Shown: positions 1 through 11,353, counted from the stretch's first letter. The stretch: 37,080 nt of DNA from an uncultured Gemmatimonadaceae bacterium (GCA_963822945.1 CAWGJO010000028.1:1-37080); one strand, 5' to 3'. A program made the numbers and translations. Notes: generated by a model not told the origin, from the sequence alone.

Positions 1-844
1 AGCGCCCGTTCCACCACGTGAAGCCCCGCGTCGCGAGCCCGTGCCCTGACCTCGGCGCCGTGCGGCTCGAGGCCGCCCCGCGCCACCAGCAGGGGACGGC
101 GGTCCTGACGTTTGAGCTCGGCCACGGTGTCGATGGCCAGAAGCCAGCGCTTGTCGGGGTCCCACCGCGCGACTTGCTCAGCACCGGGCGCACGCCGACC
201 CGCTGCCGGAACCGCCTGACCGTCGCCCCGTCGGGGCGGCGGAGCACCTCGGCCGATACTCCATTGGGAATTACGATCGGATCGACGCCCTGGCTCCACA
301 TGCGCTGGCGCATGTAGCGGCTCACGGTCGTGATCGTCGACGCACGCGCCAGGCGCGGCCAATCGATACGATCGAAACCGAAGGTGTTGTTGGCGTTCCA
401 GAGGAGCGCCACGCGATCACGCACGCCGGCGCGTACGAGCAGCCAGTCGAGGTGCAGCACGGCGTCTACGGTCTGCCACTCTTCGGCGAGAATCACGGCG
501 CGGTTCGCGGGGGCGCTCAGATGCGGCAGGATGACGCGGTCGACGAGATGCGGCGGCAGCGACGCTACGTAGTCGGCCCGCTTCCCCTCCTCGCCGTCGT
601 AAACCCCGCCGGGGTGAAAGCGGCTGATCCACTGCCCCCACCGGTGCAGGGTCGCGCCGCTCTCGGACTCTTCGGCGGGCAGCGCCGGATCACCGATGAA
701 CCAGAGATGCGCGTCGCATCCGGCGCTCGCCAGCGCGGCCGTCAGCCCGGTCACCCGGCTCGCGATGCCGCCGGCACGCGCGTAGGGATCCGGCCCCTCG
801 AAACTCAGTACGTGCGCCTGCCAGCGTCCACCCGCCATCACCAT
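1..844 (-). CDS. Glycosyltransferase family 4-like protein; runs off the window start, apparent frameshift at ~172
   Basis: Not in the ORF track. Manual translation from ATG 844 (RBS-like GAGAAGGGA): MVMAGGRWQAHVLSFEGPDPYARAGGIASRVTGL...AEEWQT...WNANNTFGFDRIDW...TTVSRYM...VIPNG...RPVLSK. Adding one G at ~172 continues it as VARWDPDKRWLLAIDTVAEL. The GG, TVS, IPNG and R..K motifs fit a GT-B/GT4 fold. Confidence 0.8.
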   Translation of the reverse strand, partial: MVMAGGRWQAHVLSFEGPDPYARAGGIASRVTGLTAALASAGCDAHLWFIGDPALPAEESESGATLHRWGQWISRFHPGGVYDGEEGKRADYVASLPPHLVDRVILPHLSAPANRAVILAEEWQTVDAVLHLDWLLVRAGVRDRVALLWNANNTFGFDRIDWPRLARASTITTVSRYMRQRMWSQGVDPIVIPNGVSAEVLRRPDGATVRRFRQRVGVRPVLSKSRGGTPTSAGFWPSTPWPSSNVRTAVPCWWRGAASSRTAPRSGHGLATRGFTWWNGR

Positions 845-1113
845 TGGTCCCTTCTCGATTCCGAGCCGTCGTCGCGTGCGACCTGCCTACCCCCTGCTCT
901 CGGACGGGTTCCGGGTCCGACGCCGCATCAGAACGAAATCTGTGGGATCTTCACGTCGCGTGGTATCGGGGGTTCGTCACGAGCATGCCACGAATTGCCG
1001 TCGCCGCGCATCGAGGCCGGCGTCCGGGCTCCTGTTCGGACGCTCGGGGGGATCCCCACTGGTGTGCGGGTGTCGATCCGACGAACCTACGATACCCCAA
1101 CGGACGGCGAGTC

Positions 1114-1929
1114 ATGCGCAAGCGTCATCTTTCGTTTACCGCCATCGCCGCGTGCTAGTGCAGGTCTGGCCGCCGGCCTCAGTTCGGCCGGCCGGCTGCT
1201 CCCGCCCAACCAGCAACTGGCGTACGTCCGCGTGCTCAACACCGCGCCGGACGGCAGCGCCATCGACGTGCTGGTGGCCGGGGAGGTCGTCGTCCCGTCG
1301 CTGGCCTCCGGGCGCGTCAGCCCGACGTTGAGCGTTCCGCGGGAGCGCAATCGTGGCGTTTCTGGAGGACGGGAGCTGCCGCGGCTCCGGCTTCACCACC
1401 ATGACGTTCGCGGCCGGCGATACGACGACGCTGTTGGCGGTCGACTCGAGCACTGTACTCAATCCATGGGTGCTCACCGATACCGGCGCCACGGTGGCTG
1501 CCGGCAAGAGCAAGCTGCGCGTGGTGAACTTCGCGGCGCTCGGCGCCGGCCGTGCTGTTCTATCGGACACAGCCCGACTATTCGAGCCTCGTCAGCGTGA
1601 TGTTCCCCTTCCACTACCGCGACGCGTCGCCCTATCTCGAGAGCACGCCCGGGGATTGGTCCGTGGTCATGGCCACGGAGCATTATACCATCGAGGGCGC
1701 GCCGTTGCTGACGGACACGCTGTACGCGGTGGACCCCATCGCCGTCCCGGCCGGCACCGCGCGTACTGTCGTCTTCATGGACGCGCCGGGCGGCGGATAC
1801 CAGAGCGTGGTGCTCACGCCCGACCCTGCGAAGTCGCCGAGTGGGTTGAACGGCGTTGCCGCCGGCGCCGGTTCGTCACCACCGGCGGCCCGGTCGCAGC
1901 GCGCGCGCTACCGACGATCCGAACACTGA
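1114..1929 (+). CDS. DUF4397-like exported protein, split by ~3 frameshifts (~1150, ~1340, ~1550)
   Basis: Consecutive frames give MRKRHLSFTAIAA / ...AYVRVLNTAPDGSAIDVLVAG... / ...AAGKSKLRVVNFAA... / ...YRDASPYLESTPGDWSV...RTVVFMD. The two 'RVxN' repeat units are typical of DUF4397. The true stop is uncertain. Confidence 0.6.
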
Positions 1930-1956
1930 AACCGTCCAACCAATCGTACACGTACG

Positions 1957-4607
1957 ATGTCCAACCGCACGCAACCTGCTGCGGTCCGGGACATCACACC
2001 AACACGAGCGGTTCGACAAATGGTAGCAGCGGCACTCCTTGCCCTTGCTCTGCTTTTCCGATTCCCAACGAAGGCCTCGGCGCAGGGGAGCGCCGTCCAC
2101 GCCGTCCACGCGGCATCGGCCTATCCGGTTCCGCTGCCCACCGACAGCGGCGCCGTTGCCGTCCGCACGGATGTGGCCCCGGTGATCGACGGCCGGGACG
2201 ACGACGCGATCTGGCGCGACACGCCGCCCATCACCCAGTTCCGCGAGTGGAATCCCACGCAGGGCAAGGCCCCGCGGTTCCGCACCATGGCCAAGGTCGC
2301 GTACGACGCCGCCAATCTCTACGTCTTCGTCCGCGCGTACGACCCGCATCCGGACAGCATCATCCGGATCCTCGAACGGCGCGACACGTTTACGCCGTCC
2401 GACATGATCTGGTTGTTCATCGACTCGTACCACGACCGTCGCACGGGTACGAATTCGGCGTCAACGCCGCCGGCGTCAAGATCGACCAGGCCGTCTACAA
2501 CGACGGGAACGAGGACGGCGCGTGGAACGCCGTGTGGGACGTGGCCACGCGGATCGACTCGCTGGGATGGACCGCGGAGTTCCGGATTCCGCTCTCGCAG
2601 ATGCACTACAGCACCAGCCGATCGCACACGTTCGGGTTCACGATCGATCGCGACATCTATCGGTACTCCGAGCGCGTCAGCTGGCCGATGCTCGACCAGT
2701 CGAAGGCGGGCATGGTCTCGCAGTTGGGCACGCTGAGCGGTCTGCGGAATCTGGAGACGCCGCGCCGGCTCGAGGCGCTGCCCTACGTCGTGACCAAGAA
2801 CGCGTCGGTGATTGCCAACAACCAGTTCACCGACCGCTCGAATATCACGGTGGGCGGCGACCTGAAGTACCGCGTCGCGTCGAACCTCACGCTCGACGCC
2901 ACGATCAACCCCGACTTCGGGCAGGTGGAGTCCGATCCGGCCGTGCTCAACCTCACCGCCTACGAATCGTTCTTCGACGAACGCCGGCCGTTCTTCGTGG
3001 CCGGGCAGGGGCTGTTCCGCTTCGACGTGAACTGCAGCGAAGTGAACTGCAACAACGAGGGGCTGTACTACAGCCGCCGCATCGGGCGCACCCCCGAACT
3101 GGCCGGCACGTACGGCGATACGGTGCCGCTGCAGCCGACGCCGATCATCGGCGCCGCCAAACTGCTCGGCCGCTTTCCGGGTGGACTCACGCTCGGCGTG
3201 CTCGATGCGACCACGCAGCGCGCGGCCAGCCCCGGCGACACGACGTACGAGCCGACGACCAACTTCGCGGCCGCCCGCGTGACCCAGGACTTCCGCAACG
3301 GCAACAGCACCATCGGGGCGATGCTCACGGCGGTCAACCGCCGCGGCGATCGCTGGACGTCACCGTATCTCCCCTCCGCCGCGTACGCCGGCGGGCTGGA
3401 CTTCCGGCACCGGTTCCTCGACGACAACTATCAGATCTCGGGCTCGCTGGATCAGAGCCGGGTGCAGGGGAGTCGGTCGGCCATCGGGTTGCTGCAGACT
3501 GACGCCGTCCACTACTACCAGCGGCCCGACGCCGGCCTGCCGCTGGACAGCATGGCAACCGTCCTCGGCGGTGACGCGGAGGAATTCAAGTTCGCGAAGG
3601 TCGGCGGCCAGCATCTGATGTTCGAGTCCGCCTACCAGCGCCGGTCGGCCGGCTTCGAGGTCAACGACATGGGGTACCTGCGCCGCGCCGACCAGCAGTC
3701 GTGGAGTACGTGGGTGGGCTTCTTCGACCGCCACCAGCGGGCGCTCTACAACCGCTTTCAGTGGAACAACAACTGGTGGCAGTACTTCAGCACGTCGGGG
3801 CTGCCGCTGGAAGCCGCGTACAACACCAATGTGCACCTCACGGCGCGCAACAACTGGTCGTGGAACTTCGGCGGCACGCTCGGACAGCTCGGCACCACCT
3901 ACGACGATCGTGGCGCGCGCGGCGGGCCGGCCATCCGGCAGGATCCGTACGTGTCCACCTGGGCCTCGATCACCGCCGACGACCGGCGCGCCATCGTGCC
4001 CGGCCTGAACTTCAACTACTTCCGGGGCGACGCCGGCCGCAACTCCACGGTGAGCATCTCACCCCAGGTCGACTACAAGATGCTCGGGCGGTTCAGCTCC
4101 TCGTTCGCCATGAGTTGGGAGCACAACGTGTCGGACAACCAGTGGTACGGGAACTTCACCGACACCCTGGGCGTGCCGCACTACACGTTCGCGCATCTCG
4201 ATCAGACCACCACGTCGGCAACTGTGCGGCTCAACTACACCTTCTCGCCCACGATCTCATTGCAGGCGTACGTCCAGCCATTCGTATCCAAGGGCACGTA
4301 CTCCGACGTGCGGCAGCTCTCGGCCACCCCGAGGGCGGCCCACTACACCGATCGGTACGCGCCGTACGACAACCCGGCGGTCACCACGAATCCGGGCGGG
4401 TTCAACTTCAAGGAGTTCCAGTCGAACCTCGTGTTCCGGTGGGAGTACAAGCCCGGCTCCACGCTGTTCGTGGTGTGGAACGAGGGACGGCAGGGGTACT
4501 TGCCCGCCCGCGGCCACGATGGCTTCAGCGGCGACGTACGCGAACTGTTCCGACTGCATCCGGAGAACACGGTACTCATCAAGATGGCGTACTGGTTGAA
4601 CCGGTAG
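1957..4607 (+). CDS. CBM9-like + DUF5916 domain exported/outer-membrane protein, frameshift at ~2445
   Basis: The N-half has a signal peptide, APVIDGRDDDAIW and VAYDAANLYV...IDSYHDRRTG. It joins the C-half YEFGVNAAG...WTAEFRIP...LDATINPDFGQVESD...ERRPFF if one G is added in ACGGG. Aromatic C-terminus YWLNR. Start is ATG 1957 or 2020. Confidence 0.85.
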
Positions 4608-4627
4608 GTCGGTAGGTCGGTACCCAC

Positions 4628-4665
4628 GTCGGCGCCGCGGACCCCAGGGGGACCGCGGCGCCGAC
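4628..4665. terminator. GC-rich hairpin between convergent genes
   Basis: Perfect 13-bp inverted repeat GTCGGCGCCGCGG...CCGCGGCGCCGAC between stops at 4607 and 4680; no U-tract. Confidence 0.5.
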
Positions 4666-4679
4666 CCGGCGTCCGGTGC

Positions 4680-5528
4680 TCAGGCCATCGCCTCGCCTGC
4701 CATCGCCCGGGTGCCCGCGTGGCGCACCGCCCACTCCAGCGCGTAGTCGGCTACCGCCTCCCACCCATCCTGCCCGATGGTCCAGTGGGTACGCTCAGGA
4801 TACTCATGGAACGCGGTCACGGCCTTCGACTTCGCGAACAGATCGAAGTTGGCCCGCGTCACCGAGGCCGGCACCGTGTGGTCGTGCCCGCCGGCAATGA
4901 GCAGCAGCGGTGCGCGATGGTCGTTGTGGAAATTCACCGTCGTGGCCGCGTGCGGATTGAAGTTCGCCAGGCTCGCCTGGAAGAGCACGTGATTCGGGCC
5001 CGGCACCGCATACCGCTCGTAGAGTGGCCGAGTCTGCTCGAGGGTCAGGTGATTGGTGAAGCCGTACTGGAACTGCTCCAGGGTGAGCATGCTCGCGCCG
5101 TGTATCTCGAACGGGTTCTTCAGCCCGGGCAGCGCCGATTTGAGCGCGGAGTAGGGCAGATAGAAGATCCCCTTCACCGGCGCCGGATCGATGGCCACGC
5201 CGGCCGCACCCAGGCCGCGATCGAGCAGAATCTCGGCGATCAATCCGCCGAACGAGTGGCCCATGATGAGCGGCGGACGTTCCAGCTCGGCGATCAGGCC
5301 CTGGTAGAAGTCGACGATCTGCCCCACGCCGAGTCCCGTGATCGCGGAGGGATCGCGCCGCAGTTGCTCGATGTTGCCGTCCATGCCGGGCCAACTGCGC
5401 GCAATCACGCGGAACCCTCTTGCCGTGTAGTGCTCCACCCAGTGCTCCCACGAGAGAGCGGTGAGCCAGAGGCCGTGGATCAGTACGACGGTGTCGGGTG
5501 CGCCTGCGCCCTGCATTTCGGTGGGCAT
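4680..5528 (-). CDS. Alpha/beta fold hydrolase
   Basis: HGLW oxyanion motif, GHSFGG nucleophile elbow, Asp (HDHTV) and His (RTHW); RBS GGGAGG. Confidence 0.9.
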   Translation of the reverse strand: MPTEMQGAGAPDTVVLIHGLWLTALSWEHWVEHYTARGFRVIARSWPGMDGNIEQLRRDPSAITGLGVGQIVDFYQGLIAELERPPLIMGHSFGGLIAEILLDRGLGAAGVAIDPAPVKGIFYLPYSALKSALPGLKNPFEIHGASMLTLEQFQYGFTNHLTLEQTRPLYERYAVPGPNHVLFQASLANFNPHAATTVNFHNDHRAPLLLIAGGHDHTVPASVTRANFDLFAKSKAVTAFHEYPERTHWTIGQDGWEAVADYALEWAVRHAGTRAMAGEAMA

Positions 5529-5810
5529 GGGGACCTCCCTCGGAGTTGGGGTTGCTACGTCATAGCCCGGGTCGGATGCCGGGGGAAGGCCCGCCGTCGA
5601 CCGCTACTGGAAAACCCTGATGGACATGGCCGCCGAGCCGTGCGCCGTCGGTGCTTGCACTCGGAGCCCGGAGATGCGCCAGCCTCACGGCCGGGGGATG
5701 GCGCACGGGGCTACGGCTCGACAGCTTGATCACGAGGCGCCCCGGCAAATCCGCGGCGGCGCCACCCTGGCCCCGTGGCGGTCACGGTGCCGTCCGATGG
5801 AGGATCGGCG

Positions 5811-6803
5811 ATGAGTGCTCGGGTCGGGAATCCGGTCGCGACGCGGTCGGACGTGCAGCGTGCGGGCATGCCGTGGCCGTCGCTGCCGCTGGAGAGTTGG
5901 CAGGACACACGCGACACTCTCCATCTGTGGACGCAGATCGTCGGCAAGACCCGGCTCGCCCTCGCTCCGTACGTGAATCACTGGTGGCAGGTGCCGCTGT
6001 ACGTTTCGGCGCGCGGGCTCACCACCACCCGCATTCCCTATCGCGGCGGCGGGTTCGAGGTCGACTTCGACTTCATCGAGCATCTGCTGCGCGTCGATAC
6101 CGACCAGGGCACGTCGTGGACGATGGCGCTCGCTCCCCGATCCGTGGCGTCGTTCTACCGCGAGTACATGGAGGGGCTCCACTCACTCGGCATCGACGTG
6201 CGCATCTGGACGCAGCCCGTGGAGATCGCCGGCGCGATCCCATTTCCCGACGACGAGATCCACGCCGCGTACGACGCCGACGCGGCGCATCGGTTCTGGT
6301 GCGCGCTCGCCCAAGCCGACCGCCTGCTGCACCGGTTCCGAAGCGGGTTCATCGGCAAGGCGAGTCCCGTGCATTTCTTCTGGGGGAGCTTCGATCTGGC
6401 CTGTACCCGGTTCTCCGGGCGGCTCGCGCCGCCGCCGCCGGGTGGCGTGCCCTTCCTCGGCGACTGGGTGATGGAGGAGTCGTACTCGCACGAGTGTGCC
6501 AGCGTCGGGTGGTGGCCCGGCAACGTGGGCGGGCCGGTGGCGGAACCGGCGTTCTACGCCTACGCGTATCCCGAACCCGCCGGATATCCAACCGCGCCCA
6601 TCCGTCCATCAAGCGCGCGCTACGACGGTACGCTGCGCGAGTGGGTGCTGCCGTACGAACGGGCGCGTACCGCCGCCGATCCGGATCTCGAGGTGCTCGA
6701 CTTCCTCGAGAGCACGTACGCCGCGGCGGCCGATCTCGCGTGGTGGAGCCGCACGTCGTTGGAGCGGCTCCCGCCGCGCCCACGGTCCGGCGCGTCGGCC
6801 TAA
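5811..6803 (+). CDS. DUF5996 family protein
   Basis: WPSLP..W.DTRDTLHLWTQIVGK.RL...NHWW, SPVHFFWGSFDLA.TRFSGR, YSHE, AFYAYAYPEP. Start is ATG 5811 (GGAGG upstream) or 5868. Confidence 0.85.
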   Translation: MSARVGNPVATRSDVQRAGMPWPSLPLESWQDTRDTLHLWTQIVGKTRLALAPYVNHWWQVPLYVSARGLTTTRIPYRGGGFEVDFDFIEHLLRVDTDQGTSWTMALAPRSVASFYREYMEGLHSLGIDVRIWTQPVEIAGAIPFPDDEIHAAYDADAAHRFWCALAQADRLLHRFRSGFIGKASPVHFFWGSFDLACTRFSGRLAPPPPGGVPFLGDWVMEESYSHECASVGWWPGNVGGPVAEPAFYAYAYPEPAGYPTAPIRPSSARYDGTLREWVLPYERARTAADPDLEVLDFLESTYAAAADLAWWSRTSLERLPPRPRSGASA

Positions 6804-8275
6804 CTCGGGGCGCGGTAGTCCACGCACGCGTGCTGCGGGTGTGGATGAGCAGCGGCGTGGATGGGGATGCCGTCGCGGATGGTGGCCAGCGCCAGGCCCG
6901 CGGCGCCCACGCACAGGAAGGCCGAGATCCACATGGCCGCGGCGAAGCCATGCGTGAACGCGGCGCCGTCGGCGCTGCGTGCGGCGCCCAGGCCGGCCGC
7001 GAGCGGCAGGGCGGCGATGGCGAGCAGGCCGGCAAGGCGCGAGACGGCGTTGTTGACCGCCGATGCGACACCGGCCCGGTCATCGCTCGCGCCCGAGAGC
7101 ACGGCTGACGTGAGCGGTGCCACCAGTACGGCGAGCCCGAGCCCGAACACCAGCACGCCCGGCAGCACCGTGGTGAGATAGCCGCCCGTCGTACCGACGC
7201 GCGCCAGCAGCGCCATGCCCGCGGCGGCCACCAGCGAGCCGGCGGCGATCGGCCACCGCGGCCCGAACCGGCTGCCCAGCCGCCCGCCCGCCGGCGCGAC
7301 GAGCAGCATCGCGATGTTGATCGGCAGCAGTGACGCACCGGCGGCCAGCGCGCCGTAGTGCAGTACCCGCTCCAGTTCGATCATGAGGAGAAAGAACAGC
7401 GCGCCGAGCGCCGTGTAGATGACGAGCGTGACCGCGTTGGCGCCGGTGAACTGCCACGATCGGAACAGGCGCAGCGGCAGCATCGGGTGCGGCGCGCGCG
7501 CCTCGTGCGCCGCGAACAGCGCGAGCAGTAACGCGCCGCCGGCGGCCGCGGACAGCACCGCGGGACCCTGCATGCCCCTGGCCGGTGCGGCAACCAGTGC
7601 CCAGGTGAGCGCCGCGAGCCCCGCGGTCACCAGCAGGGCGCCGACGAGATCGATGCGCACGGTCCAGTGCAGGTCGGTGGGAACCGGCGAGCGCGTGTCG
7701 TCGGCGGCCGGCGACACGCGGCGCACCGCAATCCACAGCGCCGCCGCGGCGACTGGAATCGGGAGGCCGAACACCCAGCGCCACGAGAGCGCCTGCACGA
7801 TCCATCCGCCGACGAGCGGACCGAGAGCCGTGGAGATGGCCGACCACGCGGCCCACTGACCGATCGCCGCGCCCCGATCACGCGCGTCGAACGACGCGTT
7901 GAGCAGGGCCAGCGTGTTCGGCACGAGCAGCGCCCCGGCCGCGCCCTGCACGATTCGGACTGCGAGCAGCACCGGCGCGGTGGGCGCGAGCGCCGCGGCG
8001 GCACATCCGGCGATGAACGCGGCCAGTCCCCACACGAGTACGCGCCGGTATCCGACCACGTCGCCCAGCGCGCCGCCCGTGAGCATCAGCGCGCCGAGCG
8101 TGAGCAGATAGCCGTTCATCACCCACTGCATGCCGGCGAGCCCGAAATGGAGGTCGCGTGCAATTGCCGGGAGCGCGACCGACACCACGGTGCTCTCCAG
8201 AAACACGGTGCCGGTGGCGAGAACGGTGGCCAGCACGATCCAGCGTCCGGCGGGGCTCGCGAGGCGAAGGGTCAT
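6800..8275 (-). CDS. MFS transporter, DHA2 (EmrB/QacA-like) family
   Basis: Many hydrophobic helices; WVMNGYLL, GGALGDVVGYRR (motif A), RIVQGAAGA, GPLVGG..SWRWVF. Confidence 0.92.
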   Translation of the reverse strand: MTLRLASPAGRWIVLATVLATGTVFLESTVVSVALPAIARDLHFGLAGMQWVMNGYLLTLGALMLTGGALGDVVGYRRVLVWGLAAFIAGCAAAALAPTAPVLLAVRIVQGAAGALLVPNTLALLNASFDARDRGAAIGQWAAWSAISTALGPLVGGWIVQALSWRWVFGLPIPVAAAALWIAVRRVSPAADDTRSPVPTDLHWTVRIDLVGALLVTAGLAALTWALVAAPARGMQGPAVLSAAAGGALLLALFAAHEARAPHPMLPLRLFRSWQFTGANAVTLVIYTALGALFFLLMIELERVLHYGALAAGASLLPINIAMLLVAPAGGRLGSRFGPRWPIAAGSLVAAAGMALLARVGTTGGYLTTVLPGVLVFGLGLAVLVAPLTSAVLSGASDDRAGVASAVNNAVSRLAGLLAIAALPLAAGLGAARSADGAAFTHGFAAAMWISAFLCVGAAGLALATIRDGIPIHAAAHPHPQHACVDYRAPS

Positions 8276-8314
8276 GCGCCGAACTTACGTCGATCCGGCG
8301 CGGCGCGCCGGAGA

Positions 8315-10990
8315 CTAACCCTCGCGCAGCGCCGTCAGCGGATCGACACGCGTGGCCCGGCGGGCCGGAATGAAGCTGGCCAGCCCCGTGACGGCGACGA
8401 GCACCACGGCGACGGCGATGAAGGTCACCGGGTCGCGGGTGGACACGTCGTGCAGTTGGTTGCGCACCAACTGCGTGGCCCAGAACGCGGCAATCGAGCC
8501 GACGCCGACGCCGATCAGGGCCAGCGTCAATCCATGGCGGAGCACCATCGCCACCACGCGGTCACCGCTCGCGCCGAGCGCCATGCGAACGCCGAACTCG
8601 TGGGACCGTTGAACGACGAAGTAGGCGATCACGCCGTAGATGCCAACCGCGGCGAGGGCGAGGCCGGTGAGGCCCAGCAGCAGGAAGAGCGTCATGTTGA
8701 ACCGCGACGACGCCATCGAGCGCGACACCACCTCATCCATGGTGCGCGTCGCGCCCAGGGGAAGTGTGGGGTCGATCCCGGCGATCGCGCGGCGCACCGA
8801 GGGCACGACCGTGGCCACCGGAACGGCCGTGCGAATCAGCAGGGTCATGTTCGGGTTCACCCACTGCGCGAACGGGTAGTAGACCTCGTTGCGCGGCGGC
8901 GATCCGAGTCCATCGGCCCGAATGTCGGCGGTCACGCCGACCACGGTGAGCCAGTGCGGCGTGCCGGCCGTGGGGTCGGTGCACGCGGCAAGGCGGCGGC
9001 CGATGGGATCGTCGGACCCGAACAGTTCCCGGGCCAGGCTCGCGTTGATCATGACCACCGGCGGCGCCCCGGCGATATCGGCGGACGTGAAGGTTCGCCC
9101 GCGGAGGAGCGGGATGCCCAGGGTCTGGAAGAAGTTCGGCGTGGCGATGCGGATGTTGGCATCCAGCGCGCTGGATGGGCCGGTTCCGGTGTCGCGGTAG
9201 TAGACGCAGTCCCAACCCGACGCCGCGATCGGGGCCAGCGACACCATGGCGACCGATGAGACGCCGGGCGCCGCAGCAACCGTCTCGGCGATGCGATTCA
9301 TGGCGATCGTCACCGCCGTGTCCGTGGGGTAGCTCGCGTGCGGCAACTGAACGCCCGCCAGCAGCAGGTTGTGAGTATTGAAGCCTGGATTCACGCGCTG
9401 CACCTGAATCGCGTTGCGCACCAGAAGTCCGGCGCCGTCGAGCAGCAGGAGTGCAATCGCGATCTCAGCCACCACGAGTCCGCCGCGCAGGCGATCGCGT
9501 ACCGAGCCGCCGGATCCCCGGTGGCCGTCGCGCAGCGCCTGCTGCAGGTCGAGCTTCGACGTGCGCAGCGCCGGCACCAGCCCGAACACCAGACCGCAGA
9601 CCACCGACAGCCCGACGGTGAACGCGAGCACCGGGAGGTTGATCGTCGCATCCTGCAGCCGGGGAATCGATGCCGGCCCCGACCGCACGAGAAAATGAAG
9701 GATCGGAGTGGCCACCGCGACGCCCAGACCCCCGCCGGCGATGGCGAGGATGAGGCTCTCCACCAGGAGTTGACCGACCACCCGGCGGCGGCCGGCCCCG
9801 AGGGCACCGCGAATGGCCACCTCCTTGCGCCGCGAGGCCCCGCGGGCGAGCAGGAGATTGGCCACGTTCACACAGGCGATGAGCAGCACGAGCCCAACCG
9901 CCCCGCTCAGCAGGTAGATCAGATCGCGCGACGACGACACGATACTCGACTGCAGCGGCCTGGCGACGATTCCGCCGTCGAAGTACGAGTGCGGATAGTC
10001 GCGCGCCAATCCCATCTCGATGCGCGTGAGCTGGGCCACCGCCGTCGACGTGTCGACGCCGGCGCGCACGAGCCCGATGACCGATAACTCATGATCCGCG
10101 TGTTCCTGCAATTGGCGCGCGGTGATCCGCAGCGGCACCCAGATGGCCGGCGCCGACGCGTAGATCGCGTAATCCGGCGACGCGACGCCGAGTACGGTGT
10201 AGGGCTCACCGTCGAGAGTGATCGTTCGTCCCACGACGCTGGAATCACCGCCGAAGGTGGAGCGCCAGAAGGCGTGCGAGAGCACCACCACGTTCGGCGC
10301 GCCGACCTGATCCTGCGCCGGACCGAAATACCCGCCGATCGCCGGCGGGATGTACAGCGTCTTCCAGTAGTTTCCGGTGACGCGGTACGCCTGAACGCGT
10401 TGAGGGGTGCCGGTACCGGTGAGCGTGAAGCTGCCGTACCAGATCCCCGCCAGCGACTCGAAATCCGTGGCCTGTTCCTTCCACACCCCGTAGTTGCCGA
10501 AGGTCACGCTCATCGGCCCGGGGCCATTCCGCTCGTTCAGGTTGAGCAGCCGGTTGCCGTGTGCGTACGGCAGGGGGCGCAGCAAGACGCTGTACGTCAC
10601 GCTGAAAATCGCCGTGTTGGCTCCGATGCCGAGCGCCATCGTCACCACCGCCGCGGCCGTGAACAGCGGATGGCGCGCGAACTGGCGCAACGCGAAGCGC
10701 GCGTCCTGTCGAATGCGATCGAGTCGTTCGGTGAACCGCACGGCGCGCTCCCGCTGGTGGCCCAGCCGGTGGAGGGTGGTGGAGATCGCGGCGATGTCGC
10801 CGAACCGCCGCATCGCTGCCTCGCGGGCCGCGTCGGGACTCATGCCGTCGGCCACGTACTCGGCGATCTGCGACTCGATGTGGAAGGCCAGTTCGGCGTC
10901 GGCGTCCGCGGCGGGGTCGGCGCGCCAGAACCGCCACAGCCGGCGGCCGCGCACCGGCCGCGCCCAGGGATCCCGGTCACGCGTGGCCAT
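8315..10990 (-). CDS. ADOP-family duplicated ABC permease (MacB_PCD/FtsX x2)
   Basis: ELAFHIE...AMRRFG N-terminus, MALGIGANTAIFSV, LLIACVNVANLLLAR, EFGVRMALGA, PARRATRVDPLTALR. Start set at ATG 10990, just after the PadR stop. Confidence 0.92.
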   Translation of the reverse strand: MATRDRDPWARPVRGRRLWRFWRADPAADADAELAFHIESQIAEYVADGMSPDAAREAAMRRFGDIAAISTTLHRLGHQRERAVRFTERLDRIRQDARFALRQFARHPLFTAAAVVTMALGIGANTAIFSVTYSVLLRPLPYAHGNRLLNLNERNGPGPMSVTFGNYGVWKEQATDFESLAGIWYGSFTLTGTGTPQRVQAYRVTGNYWKTLYIPPAIGGYFGPAQDQVGAPNVVVLSHAFWRSTFGGDSSVVGRTITLDGEPYTVLGVASPDYAIYASAPAIWVPLRITARQLQEHADHELSVIGLVRAGVDTSTAVAQLTRIEMGLARDYPHSYFDGGIVARPLQSSIVSSSRDLIYLLSGAVGLVLLIACVNVANLLLARGASRRKEVAIRGALGAGRRRVVGQLLVESLILAIAGGGLGVAVATPILHFLVRSGPASIPRLQDATINLPVLAFTVGLSVVCGLVFGLVPALRTSKLDLQQALRDGHRGSGGSVRDRLRGGLVVAEIAIALLLLDGAGLLVRNAIQVQRVNPGFNTHNLLLAGVQLPHASYPTDTAVTIAMNRIAETVAAAPGVSSVAMVSLAPIAASGWDCVYYRDTGTGPSSALDANIRIATPNFFQTLGIPLLRGRTFTSADIAGAPPVVMINASLARELFGSDDPIGRRLAACTDPTAGTPHWLTVVGVTADIRADGLGSPPRNEVYYPFAQWVNPNMTLLIRTAVPVATVVPSVRRAIAGIDPTLPLGATRTMDEVVSRSMASSRFNMTLFLLLGLTGLALAAVGIYGVIAYFVVQRSHEFGVRMALGASGDRVVAMVLRHGLTLALIGVGVGSIAAFWATQLVRNQLHDVSTRDPVTFIAVAVVLVAVTGLASFIPARRATRVDPLTALREG

Positions 10991-10998
10991 GTCGTGCC

Positions 10999-11343
10999 CT
11001 ACGCCGGTTGCTCGGTGGCGGCGAACACCTTCGCCATGGCGGCGGCAAAGCGCGTCCACTGGTCGGCCTCCCGCGCCAACTGCCGCCGGCCGGCCGCCGT
11101 GAGCTGGTAGTACTTGGCGCGCCGGTTGTTCTCGGTCAGCCGCCACTCCGCGCGGATCCAGCCGCGGTTCTCCAGGCGATACAGGGCGGGATAGAGCGTG
11201 CCCTCCTCGAGCTGCAGCGCATCGTCGGTCACGCGCCGGATCCACCGCGCGATGCCGAACCCGTGCATCGGTTCCCACGACAGGGTCTTGAGGACGAGCC
11301 CGTCCAGGCTTCCCTGAAGCAGGGTGAGACCGGATTCCGCCAC
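10999..11343 (-). CDS. PadR family transcriptional regulator (type linked to ADOP permeases)
   Basis: LLQGSLDGLVLKTL...HGFGIA...EEGTLYPALYRLE.RGWI...ENNRRAKYYQLT..GR; GTG start with AAGGGAG RBS. Confidence 0.95.
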   Translation of the reverse strand: MAESGLTLLQGSLDGLVLKTLSWEPMHGFGIARWIRRVTDDALQLEEGTLYPALYRLENRGWIRAEWRLTENNRRAKYYQLTAAGRRQLAREADQWTRFAAAMAKVFAATEQPA

Positions 11344-11353
11344 GACGCATCGC

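Noticed and set aside
1353..4607. 1084-aa ORF read as a single fusion protein
   Set aside because: It is a chance join of a DUF4397 fragment, out-of-frame sequence and the DUF5916 C-half, caused by frameshifts.
4603..4623. Short tandem repeat GGTAGGTC x2.5 at the DUF5916 stop
   Set aside because: Too short and has no spacers; not a CRISPR array or a meaningful repeat locus.
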